DNA of 64,000 nt, from positions 74,961 through 138,960 of the forward strand of contig DATDRP010000006.1 of the NCBI GenBank assembly GCA_035291665.1, written 5' to 3'. Positions 1-8,529 of this stretch are shown here, piece by piece. The first letter of the stretch is position 1; every line of letters starts with the position of its first letter. This DNA is from Patescibacteria group bacterium (lineage in GTDB: Bacteria > Patescibacteriota > Microgenomatia > UBA8517). Below the pieces are notes generated by a model, which made no database searches, was not told the origin of the DNA, and worked only from the letters and a program-made list of their open reading frames with translations. The translations under genes were made by a program, and so were the position numbers.

Positions 1-879
1 TTGCCGGTTGGACTTTTCGGTACATCTATTGCTAAAGCCGCCCTTCCAACCCTATCTTCAGAATCAGACGATCATGAGAAGTTTAGTAAAACCCTCCTTT
101 CGGCTTTGAATCAGTTGATTTTTTTATCACTACCGATTTCAATTTTTTTAATAGTACTTCGGATTCCGATTATAAGACTTGTTTATGGGACAGATATTTT
201 TTCCTGGAGTGCAACAGTCCAAACGGGATATGTCTTGAGCGCTTTTGCGGTGGGTGTTGTTTTTCAAGCCTCAAATTCATTATTAGCCCGGGCATTTTAC
301 GCTATACATGATACGAGAACTCCGGTTACAATTTCTATCTTTTCGATTGTATTCATTATTGTTAGCGATTTTGTTTTAATTCGAATTTTAAATTATGACG
401 TCTGGGGTTTGGCATTAGCTTTCACTTTGGGCAGCGGAATCCAGTCGTCGATGCTTTTGTATATGATAAATAAAAGAATAATAAAAAGGAGTTTCTCAGG
501 AATTATGAATCCTTTCATAAAAGCATTAATTGCCTCGCTTGCGTCGGGAATAGTAATGTTTATATTTTTGAAAGTTTTTGACCGGAGTGTTTGGATAAAA
601 CGGCTTTCGCTTATCGGTCAAATTGAAGCAACCAAAACCCTTCCGTTTGAAAAATTTGTACTTGATACCCGTTATACGGGAAACCTGATGATTCTGACGA
701 GCATTGTTACGATTGTCGGAATTGCTGTTTATGTTTTGGTTTCTATAATGCTTCGCTCTGATGAATTGGGAGTATTTCTGAATATGGTCAAAAGGACTTT
801 CATCAAACGCGATATCGAGCCGATTCCGCAAAAGGAAAGCGAGCCCGTTTCTCCTACTCCATCAGAAACAACCAACTAG
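1..879 (+). CDS. murJ: Lipid II flippase MurJ/MviN, C-terminal part (5' end lies outside the window)
   Basis: Polytopic membrane protein ending in a charged tail. Conserved MurJ segments are visible (LLARAFYAIHDTRTPV, multiple TM helices). The ORF is open at the window edge. Confidence 0.7.
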   Translation: MPVGLFGTSIAKAALPTLSSESDDHEKFSKTLLSALNQLIFLSLPISIFLIVLRIPIIRLVYGTDIFSWSATVQTGYVLSAFAVGVVFQASNSLLARAFYAIHDTRTPVTISIFSIVFIIVSDFVLIRILNYDVWGLALAFTLGSGIQSSMLLYMINKRIIKRSFSGIMNPFIKALIASLASGIVMFIFLKVFDRSVWIKRLSLIGQIEATKTLPFEKFVLDTRYTGNLMILTSIVTIVGIAVYVLVSIMLRSDELGVFLNMVKRTFIKRDIEPIPQKESEPVSPTPSETTN

Positions 880-1027
880 TTGGATGCGTGATCGGCATGC
901 TAATGATAATTTTTAAGGTATTGACCTCGCACAACCTTACTTTTCGTTTTTTTAATACTATTCGTATACAACTCAAAGAGCGGTTTGCCGGGGTCATCAC
1001 CCCTCAAAAAACTGAGAAAGTCGGGGC

Positions 1028-1065
1028 TTGACATTCCTTTAGCACTCGTGGTACATTACTGCTAA
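1028..1065 (+). promoter_or_regulatory. Sigma70-like promoter with CIRCE-like HrcA operator
   Basis: -35 TTGACA at 1028-1033 and -10-like TACATT at 1052-1057. CIRCE is at 1039-1065: TTAGCACTC-N9-TACTGCTAA. The left half is 9/9 and the right half 6/9 against consensus TTAGCACTC-N9-GAGTGCTAA. Sits 90 nt upstream of hrcA. Confidence 0.55.
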
Positions 1066-1155
1066 TATCAGAGTAAAAGAGTGGAAAAGTAGAAGAATAT
1101 AAGATAAGTTTTTGCTTCTACTCTTATACTCTTACGCTCTTCAACTCTTAATCAT

Positions 1156-1890
1156 ATGTCCGACGCATTAACAGCAAGACAAATTCAGATTCTGAAGCAT
1201 ATTATTGATGAATACATCGAAACGGCGGAACCGGTTGGCTCTGAAGCTTTGGAGAAAAAATATAATCTTGGGATTTCCCCGGCTACTGTCAGAAACGAAA
1301 TGGCAGGCCTCATTCAAAAAGGTTTTCTGAAACAACCTCATACTTCATCAGGCCGTGTTCCTACACCAAAAGCTATGAAGTTGTATGTTGACCAATTGAT
1401 GGAAGAAAAATCAATGAGTATTGCGGAAGAGGTAAAAGCGAAAGAAGAAGTTTGGGATTCACGGGGGAATGTTGATCAGCTGTTGGAGGAGGCCACCCAT
1501 GCGTTAGCCGAACACACAAAAAGCTTGGCCGTTGCGACGCTTGATGCCTCAAACAAAGTTTGGCATGCAGGTTATAAGAATATATTTCACAGTCCAGAAT
1601 TTACAGACTCTTTGGTATGCGAATCTTTGTTTTCTTTGATTGAAGAAGTTGAAAGAATGAACGATCTTTTTTTTCATCGGGGGAATCCTTTATCACCGTT
1701 TGATTTGTTTTTTGGAGAAGAGTTGGGTTGGCAAAACCTTTCGCCGATGGGTGTAATTGCCACAAGGTTTAACCTTGGCACAAGAAGGGGTGCGCTCGGA
1801 GTGATCGGGTCAACCAGGCTTTCATATCCCCGGATTGTTCCGATACTGCGTTATTATGGAAATTTACTGGAGGAGGTAGCATCGGCATGA
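1156..1890 (+). CDS. hrcA: Heat-inducible transcription repressor HrcA
   Basis: N-terminal wHTH (LTARQIQILKHIIDEYIETAEPVGSEAL) and HrcA C-domain. First gene of an hrcA-grpE-dnaK arrangement. Its 4-nt overlap with grpE suggests coupling. Confidence 0.85.
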   Translation: MSDALTARQIQILKHIIDEYIETAEPVGSEALEKKYNLGISPATVRNEMAGLIQKGFLKQPHTSSGRVPTPKAMKLYVDQLMEEKSMSIAEEVKAKEEVWDSRGNVDQLLEEATHALAEHTKSLAVATLDASNKVWHAGYKNIFHSPEFTDSLVCESLFSLIEEVERMNDLFFHRGNPLSPFDLFFGEELGWQNLSPMGVIATRFNLGTRRGALGVIGSTRLSYPRIVPILRYYGNLLEEVASA

Positions 1891-2351
1891 AGAAAAAACC
1901 GAGTAAAGTGAATAAAGGAGAAAGAGTAAATGAAGAATTGGAACACCTGAAAAATCAATTAACTAGAGCGTTAGCCGATTATGACAATCTGAGAAAGAGG
2001 ATTGAGATAGAGAAAGAAATCTGGGTAAAATATTCAGGAGAGCGCATTATAAGCCAACTTTTACCGGTATTGGACATGTTTGAAGCAGCCCTTGCCCATA
2101 CCCAGGACCAAGGACTTGGAATAGCGGTTTCGGAATTCAAGAAAGTATTTTATGAAGAAGGGTTGAAAGAGATAAAGCCTGATAAAGGAACTGATTTTGA
2201 CGAAGCCATTCATGAAGCGGTAGAATCTGTTGAAGGCGGAGAGGACGGAAAAATTGCAGAATTGGTTTTGACGGGTTGGATGTATGAAGACGGAAGGGTT
2301 GTCAGATACGCAAAAGTAAAGGTGTTTGGAAAAGTACAAAGTGGAAAGTAA
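1887..2351 (+). CDS. grpE: Nucleotide exchange factor GrpE
   Basis: GrpE coiled-coil signature (LKNQLTRALADYDNLRKRIEIEKE) and C-terminal beta domain. Lies between hrcA and dnaK. Confidence 0.85.
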   Translation: MKKKPSKVNKGERVNEELEHLKNQLTRALADYDNLRKRIEIEKEIWVKYSGERIISQLLPVLDMFEAALAHTQDQGLGIAVSEFKKVFYEEGLKEIKPDKGTDFDEAIHEAVESVEGGEDGKIAELVLTGWMYEDGRVVRYAKVKVFGKVQSGK

Positions 2352-2378
2352 AAAGAGAAAAGTATAATTTAATGAAAT

Positions 2379-4346
2379 ATGGGAAAAATAGTTGGAATTG
2401 ATCTAGGAACAACTAATTCGGTGGTTGCTGTAATGGAAGGGGGTCACCCCAAAGTGATTCCTGCAGCTGATACCGGGCGAAACATCACGCCGTCGGTAGT
2501 GGAACCTGTTAAAAATCTTGTCGGAGATGTCGCCAAGCGCCAGGTTGTTCTTAATCCGAAAAACACAATTTATTCTATAAAGCGTCTTATGGGACGCCGG
2601 GTTGATGACGCTGAAGTTGAAAGAACCAAAAAGATGGTTCCGTATGAGATTGTTTCTTCAAAAGATAAAAACGCGGCGGTTGAAGTTGATGGTAAGACTT
2701 ATACTCCTCAGGAAGTTTCGGCAAGGATTTTGATGAAGCTCAAGAAGGATGCGGAAAGTTATCTTGGGGAGAGTGTTGACGCTGCGGTAATCACAGTACC
2801 TGCATATTTTGACGACTCTCAAAGACAAGCGACGAAGCAAGCGGGTGAAATTGCCGGATTTAAGGTTGAGCGAATTATCAATGAACCGACAGCTGCAGCC
2901 TTAGCATACGGGTTGGATAAAAAGAAAGCAGAAAAAATTGCCGTTTACGATCTTGGAGGAGGGACTTTTGATATTTCAATTCTTGAACTTGGTGATGGAG
3001 TGTTTGAGGTTAAAGCCACAAATGGAGATACCCATCTTGGAGGAGATGATTTTGATGAAAAAATCGTTGAATGGATCGTTTCTGAATTTAAAAAAGACAA
3101 TGCGGTTGACCTGACGGCTGACAAGCAGGCACTTCAGCGTGTTCGCGATGCTGCTGAAAAAGCGAAAATAGAACTTTCTGCAGCCGCCGAAACGGAGATC
3201 AACCAGCCGTATATAACACAAAAAGACGGAAACCCAATGCATTTGACTTTGAAAATGACCCGGGCGAAATTGGAGGATCTTGTTGGGGATCTCATTGAAA
3301 AAACAATGAAACCGGTTGAGGCATGTCTGAAAGATGCGAAACTGGATCCGCACGATATTGATGAGGTGATCATGGTTGGGGGAATGACGAGAATGCCCAA
3401 AGTTGTTGAGGAAGTAAAGTCATATTTTGGTAAAACTCCGAACCAGTCGGTTAATCCGGATGAAGTTGTTGCAGTTGGAGCCGCTATCCAAGCCGGAGTC
3501 TTGGGGGGCGAGGTTAAAGACATACTTCTTTTGGATGTAACTCCTTTGACATTGGGAATAGAGACACTTGGAGGTGTTGCGACCCCGATGATAACCAGAA
3601 ATACAACTATTCCTGCATCAAAGACAGAAACATTCTCAACGGCTGCTGACAACCAGACTCAGGTAGAAATTCATGTATCCCAAGGTGAGCGTCCGATGAG
3701 CGCTGATAATAAGGATTTGGGCAGGTTCATTCTCGATGGAATTCCGCCGGCACCAAGGGGCGTTCCTCAGATCGAAGTAACTTTCGATATTGACGCATCG
3801 GGAATTTTGAAAGTTACCGCCCATGACAAAGCAACCGGCAAGAGCCAAAACATTACTATCTCGGGCGCTGTGGGACTTTCTGATGATGAGGTCAAAAGGA
3901 TGCAGGATGAAGCGGAGCATCACAAAGCTGAAGACCAAAAGAAAGCTGAGAAAATTACTGCCAGAAATTCAGCTGATGCAATGGTATCTGCAGCTGAAAA
4001 AGCTCTCAAAGACGCCGGTGACAAAGCACCAAAAGATATCAAAGAAAAAGTTGAGGAAAAGATTAAAGGCGTCAAAGATGTTTTGGCAAAGGAAGATTCT
4101 TCAAAAGACGATTTGGAGAAAGCAACGAAAGATCTGTCGGACACCCTAAGTCAGGTCGGGCAGGCGATGTATGGGCAGCAACAAGCTGCAGGGCAAAGTG
4201 AAAAGAGCGAAGAGAAAAGCACGGAAGAAAAAAAGAGTGAAGGAGATGGTGAAAACAAAAAATCTTCAAAAGACAAAGATGAGAAAGCCAAAAGCCCTGA
4301 GCCTGCCGAACGGGTTGAAGAAGGAGAAGTTGTAGAAGAAGACTAA
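2379..4346 (+). CDS. dnaK: Chaperone DnaK (Hsp70)
   Basis: Canonical Hsp70 motifs: [26 protein letters not shown]. 655 aa with a K/E-rich C-terminal tail. Confidence 0.97.
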   Translation: MGKIVGIDLGTTNSVVAVMEGGHPKVIPAADTGRNITPSVVEPVKNLVGDVAKRQVVLNPKNTIYSIKRLMGRRVDDAEVERTKKMVPYEIVSSKDKNAAVEVDGKTYTPQEVSARILMKLKKDAESYLGESVDAAVITVPAYFDDSQRQATKQAGEIAGFKVERIINEPTAAALAYGLDKKKAEKIAVYDLGGGTFDISILELGDGVFEVKATNGDTHLGGDDFDEKIVEWIVSEFKKDNAVDLTADKQALQRVRDAAEKAKIELSAAAETEINQPYITQKDGNPMHLTLKMTRAKLEDLVGDLIEKTMKPVEACLKDAKLDPHDIDEVIMVGGMTRMPKVVEEVKSYFGKTPNQSVNPDEVVAVGAAIQAGVLGGEVKDILLLDVTPLTLGIETLGGVATPMITRNTTIPASKTETFSTAADNQTQVEIHVSQGERPMSADNKDLGRFILDGIPPAPRGVPQIEVTFDIDASGILKVTAHDKATGKSQNITISGAVGLSDDEVKRMQDEAEHHKAEDQKKAEKITARNSADAMVSAAEKALKDAGDKAPKDIKEKVEEKIKGVKDVLAKEDSSKDDLEKATKDLSDTLSQVGQAMYGQQQAAGQSEKSEEKSTEEKKSEGDGENKKSSKDKDEKAKSPEPAERVEEGEVVEED

Positions 4347-4349
4347 AAA

Positions 4350-4637
4350 ATGACAGATGACCTCGAAAACCAGGATTACTCCAGAATTTATATCCAACTG
4401 GGTTTATCAGAACAAGCTATAGAGAAATTAAAGCCTGAAGAAAAAGCCGCAATCAGTAAATTTGATAAAGCTGTGGATAAAAAAGAACGAAGTTTGGGAA
4501 GGGAGTTAACCCCCGAAGAGGAGAATGAGTTGGCAGGAACGATTGAAGGGGCATCTGAGGCAAGAATAAACTATGAAAAGTTTTATTCGGAATTAGCCGA
4601 CCAAGTCGATAAAACGGAGGGGTACGATACAAAATAG
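4350..4637 (+). CDS. Hypothetical small acidic protein (95 aa) inside the dnaK operon
   Basis: Intact ORF that starts 4 nt after the dnaK stop. No recognisable domain. Confidence 0.4.
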   Translation: MTDDLENQDYSRIYIQLGLSEQAIEKLKPEEKAAISKFDKAVDKKERSLGRELTPEEENELAGTIEGASEARINYEKFYSELADQVDKTEGYDTK

Positions 4638-4641
4638 CTTT

Positions 4642-4887
4642 ATGTCTCCGGAAAATTTAACCCCACTTGAATCGTTCAATAGGAAAAGAGACTTGCTCCT
4701 TGAAGAATGGGAACAGGTTCATGGAGACAAATCTAACTGGAGTTATAATTTAACCGACCGTTTTGTTGATGCTGTATTAAGTTCGGTAACTTATGAGGAG
4801 GGTCTTGCCCACAAACGTGACACTGATCAGTGGTTGAGAACGAAAGCGCTCGCTGTAAATAAATATAATCAATACCATAGAAATTAA
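4642..4887 (+). CDS. Hypothetical small protein (81 aa) inside the dnaK operon
   Basis: Intact ORF 5 nt after the previous one. No recognisable domain. Confidence 0.4.
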   Translation: MSPENLTPLESFNRKRDLLLEEWEQVHGDKSNWSYNLTDRFVDAVLSSVTYEEGLAHKRDTDQWLRTKALAVNKYNQYHRN

Positions 4888-4890
4888 CTC

Positions 4891-4945
4891 TTAACAAACT
4901 CCCCATAGATTTATATAATTAGCACTTGAGATATTTGAATGCTAA
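4891..4945 (+). promoter_or_regulatory. Second promoter plus CIRCE operator upstream of dnaJ
   Basis: -35-like TTAACA at 4891-4896, then a 17-nt spacer, then -10 TATAAT at 4914-4919. This overlaps CIRCE at 4919-4945: TTAGCACTT-N9-GAATGCTAA, 16/18 to the CIRCE consensus. Confidence 0.6.
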
Positions 4946-5105
4946 TTGCCGTCCTCTTAAAATCCTAGTATCCTAATATCTTAATATCATTCTGAAATAT
5001 GGTTGGAAAATCCGATTACTACGACCCCGTACTGTTCTTACTTGCTCCCAAGTACTACGTGCTTGCGTCGCAAGAGCGAAAATACGGGGCAGGCATTTCT
5101 TGACT

Positions 5106-5996
5106 ATGACAACAAAAAGTGATTATTACGATATACTCGGAATTAATAAATCCGCTTCAGCGGATGAGATAAAAAAAGCTTACAGAAAGCAAGCTCTTGA
5201 ATGGCATCCGGACAGACATAAAGATGATAAAGAAGCCGCTGAGAAACGCTTCAAAGAAGTTAATGAGGCATATCAGGTACTTTCCGATCCGAAAAAGAGA
5301 TCGGCATATGATCAATTTGGCCATCAGGCATTTGCTCCCGGTGGAGGTTTTGGCGGACAGCCTGGTACCGGACCATTCGGACAGCAATCCGGTCAGTATG
5401 GTCCTTTTACATACACTTATACAACAAACGCAGGAGGTGGAGGAAATCCCTTCTCCGGATTTGACTTCGGAGACCCTTTTGATATTTTCGAAAGCTTTTT
5501 TGGTGGGGGAAGCGGGGGATTCAGGCGTGCCCAGCAGCTTCCCCGATACAGTATAAAAATAGATTTCATGGATTCGATAAACGGAGTCGAAAAGAATGTT
5601 GAAATCGGCGGCAAAAGAAGGAAAATTAAAATCCCTCCGGGAATTGATGAAGGTTCAAGGATAAAATTTGATGACTTTATTTTATCGGTCAATATTGCTC
5701 CGCATGAAGTTTTTGAGCGTGACGGAGCGGATATTTATATGCGCTACGAGATTCCGTTTTCACTGGCAACACTCGGCGGGGAAATAGAAATTCCAACTGT
5801 AGAGACGCTTGTGAAAGTCCGTATCCGCCCCGGAACCCAATCGGGTACGATGCTTCGCCTCAGGGGGAAAGGTGCACCCAATTTACATGGACATGGCAGA
5901 GGTGATCAATATGTGAGAGTGAATATTCTGATCCCCGACAAACTATCCCGAGAACAAAGATCTGCGGTTAATGACCTGAAGAGGGAGGGATTATGA
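5106..5996 (+). CDS. dnaJ: DnaJ-like J-protein lacking the zinc-finger domain (class B/CbpA-like)
   Basis: J-domain with HPD ([33 protein letters not shown]), a G/F-rich region and the C-terminal substrate-binding domains. No cysteine anywhere, so there is no CxxCxGxG repeat. The listed ORF starts at a TTG at 5100. The ATG at 5106 gives MTTKSDYY. Confidence 0.8.
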   Translation: MTTKSDYYDILGINKSASADEIKKAYRKQALEWHPDRHKDDKEAAEKRFKEVNEAYQVLSDPKKRSAYDQFGHQAFAPGGGFGGQPGTGPFGQQSGQYGPFTYTYTTNAGGGGNPFSGFDFGDPFDIFESFFGGGSGGFRRAQQLPRYSIKIDFMDSINGVEKNVEIGGKRRKIKIPPGIDEGSRIKFDDFILSVNIAPHEVFERDGADIYMRYEIPFSLATLGGEIEIPTVETLVKVRIRPGTQSGTMLRLRGKGAPNLHGHGRGDQYVRVNILIPDKLSREQRSAVNDLKREGL

Positions 5997-6027
5997 CATC
6001 CTCCCCGTCTTGAAAGGCGGGAGGATT
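5993..6027. repeat. REP-like miniature palindromic element, copy A (ATGACATCCTCC plus GC hairpin)
   Basis: ATGACATCCTCC at 5993-6004 overlaps the dnaJ stop. The stem atcctccc / gggaggat encloses cgtcttgaaaggc. The same 12-mer begins copies at 15809 and 49496. Confidence 0.5.
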
Positions 6028-6177
6028 ACTTGAAATATCGAACAACTCTGGCCTCACAAGAATGTAATTCAAGAAGTAAATAATTCCATCTGACGGAAAT
6101 TAAAACAATTCGTTGTGTACGGCTCCCGTTTTTATATTCATGTCGTTTTTAATATTTTCAGTATTTTATATTCACTG

Positions 6178-6198
6178 CATCACTACATAGTGATGTAG
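6178..6198. promoter_or_regulatory. Palindromic 21-mer CATCACTACATAGTGATGTAG, copy 1 (downstream of the TrpR-like gene)
   Basis: Core CACTACAT-AGTG-ATGTAGTG is an 8-bp inverted repeat. An identical 21-mer is at 6752-6772. Confidence 0.6.
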
Positions 6199-6200
6199 TG

Positions 6201-6737
6201 TTAACGTTTTTGGTAGCTTTTAAACTCTTCCGATAAGTCTTCCCTTATCTTTCTATTTACTGCCTCTTTTTCTTCGACACCTTTAAAAAATTTCTCCAAT
6301 TTCATATTTTGATTTTTAACAATGGAATGTTCCACCAGAGTCAGAAGTACTTGTGGGAGTTGAAATTCGATAGGGATGCGTGGAAGTTCCTTAGGAAAAT
6401 CGTATTTAGCAGGTAACTTTGCGATTATTTTTCTGAAACCGTTTCCACCTTTTAAAAGCCAATTACTAACCTTCGCAACCGTACCAAAGCTGGTATGAAG
6501 TGTTTTAACAATATCTATTTGTGTTTCCCCTTTTAATAAAAGCTTTGCAATACGGAGTCTTATAGCCAAGTTTTGTATTTCCTTTGCTGTCAGAAGATCT
6601 TGAAGAAAATCGGCGGTATCCATGGCATTTCTGACTGTTTTAAAAGAATTGATTAGATCAAACATTAATTCCAGTCTCTCTTCTTTTGAAAACTTTTCCT
6701 CTCTTTTTATTTTTGGGTAATATGTTCTTCTTCTCAT
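6201..6737 (-). CDS. TrpR-like DNA-binding protein (YerC/YecD family) with a ~70-aa C-terminal extension
   Basis: The segment FLQDLLTAKEIQNLAIRLRIAKLLLKGETQIDIVKTLHTSFGTVAKVSNWLLKGGNG matches the YerC/TrpR helix-turn-helix core. Confidence 0.6.
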   Translation of the reverse strand: MRRRTYYPKIKREEKFSKEERLELMFDLINSFKTVRNAMDTADFLQDLLTAKEIQNLAIRLRIAKLLLKGETQIDIVKTLHTSFGTVAKVSNWLLKGGNGFRKIIAKLPAKYDFPKELPRIPIEFQLPQVLLTLVEHSIVKNQNMKLEKFFKGVEEKEAVNRKIREDLSEEFKSYQKR

Positions 6738-6751
6738 TTATATTCTTACTA

Positions 6752-6772
6752 CATCACTACATAGTGATGTAG
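6752..6772. promoter_or_regulatory. Palindromic 21-mer CATCACTACATAGTGATGTAG, copy 2 (15 nt upstream of the TrpR-like start codon)
   Basis: Identical to 6178-6198. Its position fits an autoregulatory operator. Confidence 0.6.
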
Positions 6773-6908
6773 ATATTAATACTATTTATTAAGCAAGGCA
6801 GATACAATGTGTACTAATAAACCTCTCATAGGATTTCCTCAATTATATACGGATCTATACGGCTCTGAAAATTAAAAGTGATATAATCTCTGTACCTGTC
6901 CAATACCC

Positions 6909-7886
6909 ATGGACGATTTGTTTTTAGCAATATTTCTTCTTACTCCTATTGCATGGATAGTTGCCATGATTCGACCGGGTTTATTTTCCAAAATCCCCAT
7001 TAAAAATTTAAACCGGAAGAAATTAACAGGAATTTTATTGGCGCTTTTTATTGTCTCGTTTGTGGGTTTTGGAGTTACTTCCAAACCGGTTGAGGAAAAT
7101 GTAAAAGAAGAAGTGCAAAGTTCATCAACCGAAGAACAGGACACAAACGTCTCTTCGGTTGAAGTTGAGGGCGGTGTTGCGGTTGTCAAAAGGGTTGTTG
7201 ACGGGGACACGATTGAGTTGGATAGCGGTGCCAAAGTCAGATATATCGGGATTGATACTCCTGAGTCGGTTGATCCGAAAAAACCGGTTGAGTGCTACGC
7301 TGAAGCAGCTTCAAAGAAAAATAGAGAATTAGTTGAGGGTAAAGAGGTCCGTCTTGAAAAAGATGTTTCGGAAACCGATCGCTACGGAAGGCTTTTACGG
7401 TATATTTGGATCAACGACAGTTTAATAAATGAAATTCTTGTTCGGGAAGGGTATGCCCGCTCAAGCACATATCCGCCGGACGTGAAATATCAGGAGAGGT
7501 TTCAGATTGCCGAAAAAGTTGCCAGGGAAGAAAAATTGGGTTTATGGGGAGAGGAGTGCGTGATAAAGCCAACTCCGACTTTGGTTCCGTCAGCCAAACC
7601 GACAGTTTATATTGCTCCCACAAAAGCTCCAACTACTTATTATGTTGCTCCGACATCTGTTCCTTACGTTGCACCCACCAACCTTCCGGCAGCAGTAAAT
7701 CAGCAAACCGGTGGCCAACCGGGAGGAGGAGGGACATCGGGGTCTTGGTCTTGCGACTGTTCAAAGACTTGCCCGAATATGTCATCCTGCGCAGAAGCGT
7801 ATTTTCAGTTGAATAACTGCGGATGTTCAATCCGCGATGGAGACGATGATGGAGTCCCTTGCGAATCTATCTGTTCGGGAGGATAA
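6909..7886 (+). CDS. Secreted or membrane-anchored thermonuclease (SNase-like) with a C-terminal Excalibur calcium-binding domain
   Basis: N-terminal hydrophobic segment(s). SNase core (VVDGDTIELDSGAKVRYIGIDTPE ... RYGRLLRYIW ... EKLGLWG). A P/T/A-rich linker with YVAPT repeats. A Cys-rich tail with DGDDDGVPCE (Excalibur DxDxDGxxCE). The start codon is uncertain. Confidence 0.75.
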   Translation: MDDLFLAIFLLTPIAWIVAMIRPGLFSKIPIKNLNRKKLTGILLALFIVSFVGFGVTSKPVEENVKEEVQSSSTEEQDTNVSSVEVEGGVAVVKRVVDGDTIELDSGAKVRYIGIDTPESVDPKKPVECYAEAASKKNRELVEGKEVRLEKDVSETDRYGRLLRYIWINDSLINEILVREGYARSSTYPPDVKYQERFQIAEKVAREEKLGLWGEECVIKPTPTLVPSAKPTVYIAPTKAPTTYYVAPTSVPYVAPTNLPAAVNQQTGGQPGGGGTSGSWSCDCSKTCPNMSSCAEAYFQLNNCGCSIRDGDDDGVPCESICSGG

Positions 7887-8029
7887 ATATTAAATTCAAC
7901 CCCAATAACCACTCAGAAAAATTCGTTACCGATTTTTTGAAAATCCTTGCAAGATAATTATTTCTCGTTTGTTGTCGACGGCCTCTTAATGTTGAATAAA
8001 ATTATTATTTTGGAGTTTTTGTGCACGAC

Positions 8030-8278
8030 TTAATCTTCGTGTTTTATTTCTGGCTCATTACCGAGCAATCTTTTCAACACCTGATCCATTCGGTAGAGAC
8101 GTAATTTCATAGTTTGGGCTAACGTCCCGAATACGCTTTTTACAATTTCTTCCTCTTCGGGAGAAGTGGGTTTCTCACAGTCGATCCATTTTTGAAACTC
8201 ATTCATAAGCTGATATGACTTTAACTGATCGGCAGACATTACCGAAAAGTCGGGATCACTACTTTTATTTTTTTCCAT
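8030..8278 (-). CDS. Hypothetical protein (82 aa)
   Basis: Intact ORF on the minus strand with no recognisable domain. Confidence 0.3.
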   Translation of the reverse strand: MEKNKSSDPDFSVMSADQLKSYQLMNEFQKWIDCEKPTSPEEEEIVKSVFGTLAQTMKLRLYRMDQVLKRLLGNEPEIKHED

Positions 8279-8413
8279 AATGTAATTATACCTTATAGTT
8301 AAAAATTAATAAATCAATTTGTTTGGTAAAGCTTAATTTAATGTAACTCATCTTACGATTTATTGACTCGGAAACGCATTACTTGTACACTATCAGTGGT
8401 TAGAAATGGATGA

Positions 8414-8441
8414 GGTGGGAATTTTGCCCGCCTTTTTTGTT
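8414..8441 (+). terminator. Intrinsic-terminator-like hairpin in the nusA leader (candidate attenuator)
   Basis: Stem GGTGGG / CCCGCC (6 bp with one G-U pair), loop AATTTTG, then TTTTTTGTT. It lies after a TTGACT (8363-8368) ... TACACT (8386-8391) promoter and 90 nt upstream of nusA. Confidence 0.4.
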
Positions 8442-8529
8442 AGTTGGCGCAAAGAGAAAAGCGAAGAGTGAAAAGCAATAAACTTTGTACTTTGAACTTT
8501 TTTCTATGTACTAACGCAAAGCGTTTTAT

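Noticed and set aside
526-831. Antisense and overlapping ORFs inside annotated genes (e.g. 526-831 -, 2976-3353 -, 3134-3652 -, 9237-9677 -, 23556-24044 -, 24513-24899 -, 32791-33177 -, 59801-60217 -).
   Set aside because: Each lies entirely within a confidently assigned gene on the opposite strand, such as murJ, dnaK, nusA, alaS or rpoB. They have low-complexity or odd composition and no domain signal. They are typical shadow ORFs.
5100-5105. TTG start for dnaJ as given by the ORF track (MTM...).
   Set aside because: The ATG two codons downstream (5106) gives [12 protein letters not shown], which matches the usual DnaJ N-terminus. The TTG also coincides with a TTGACT hexamer.
6117-6133. Weak hairpin ACGG-CTC-CCGT plus T5 between dnaJ and the convergent TrpR-like gene, as a terminator.
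   Set aside because: The stem is only 4 bp. Plausible but too weak to call.
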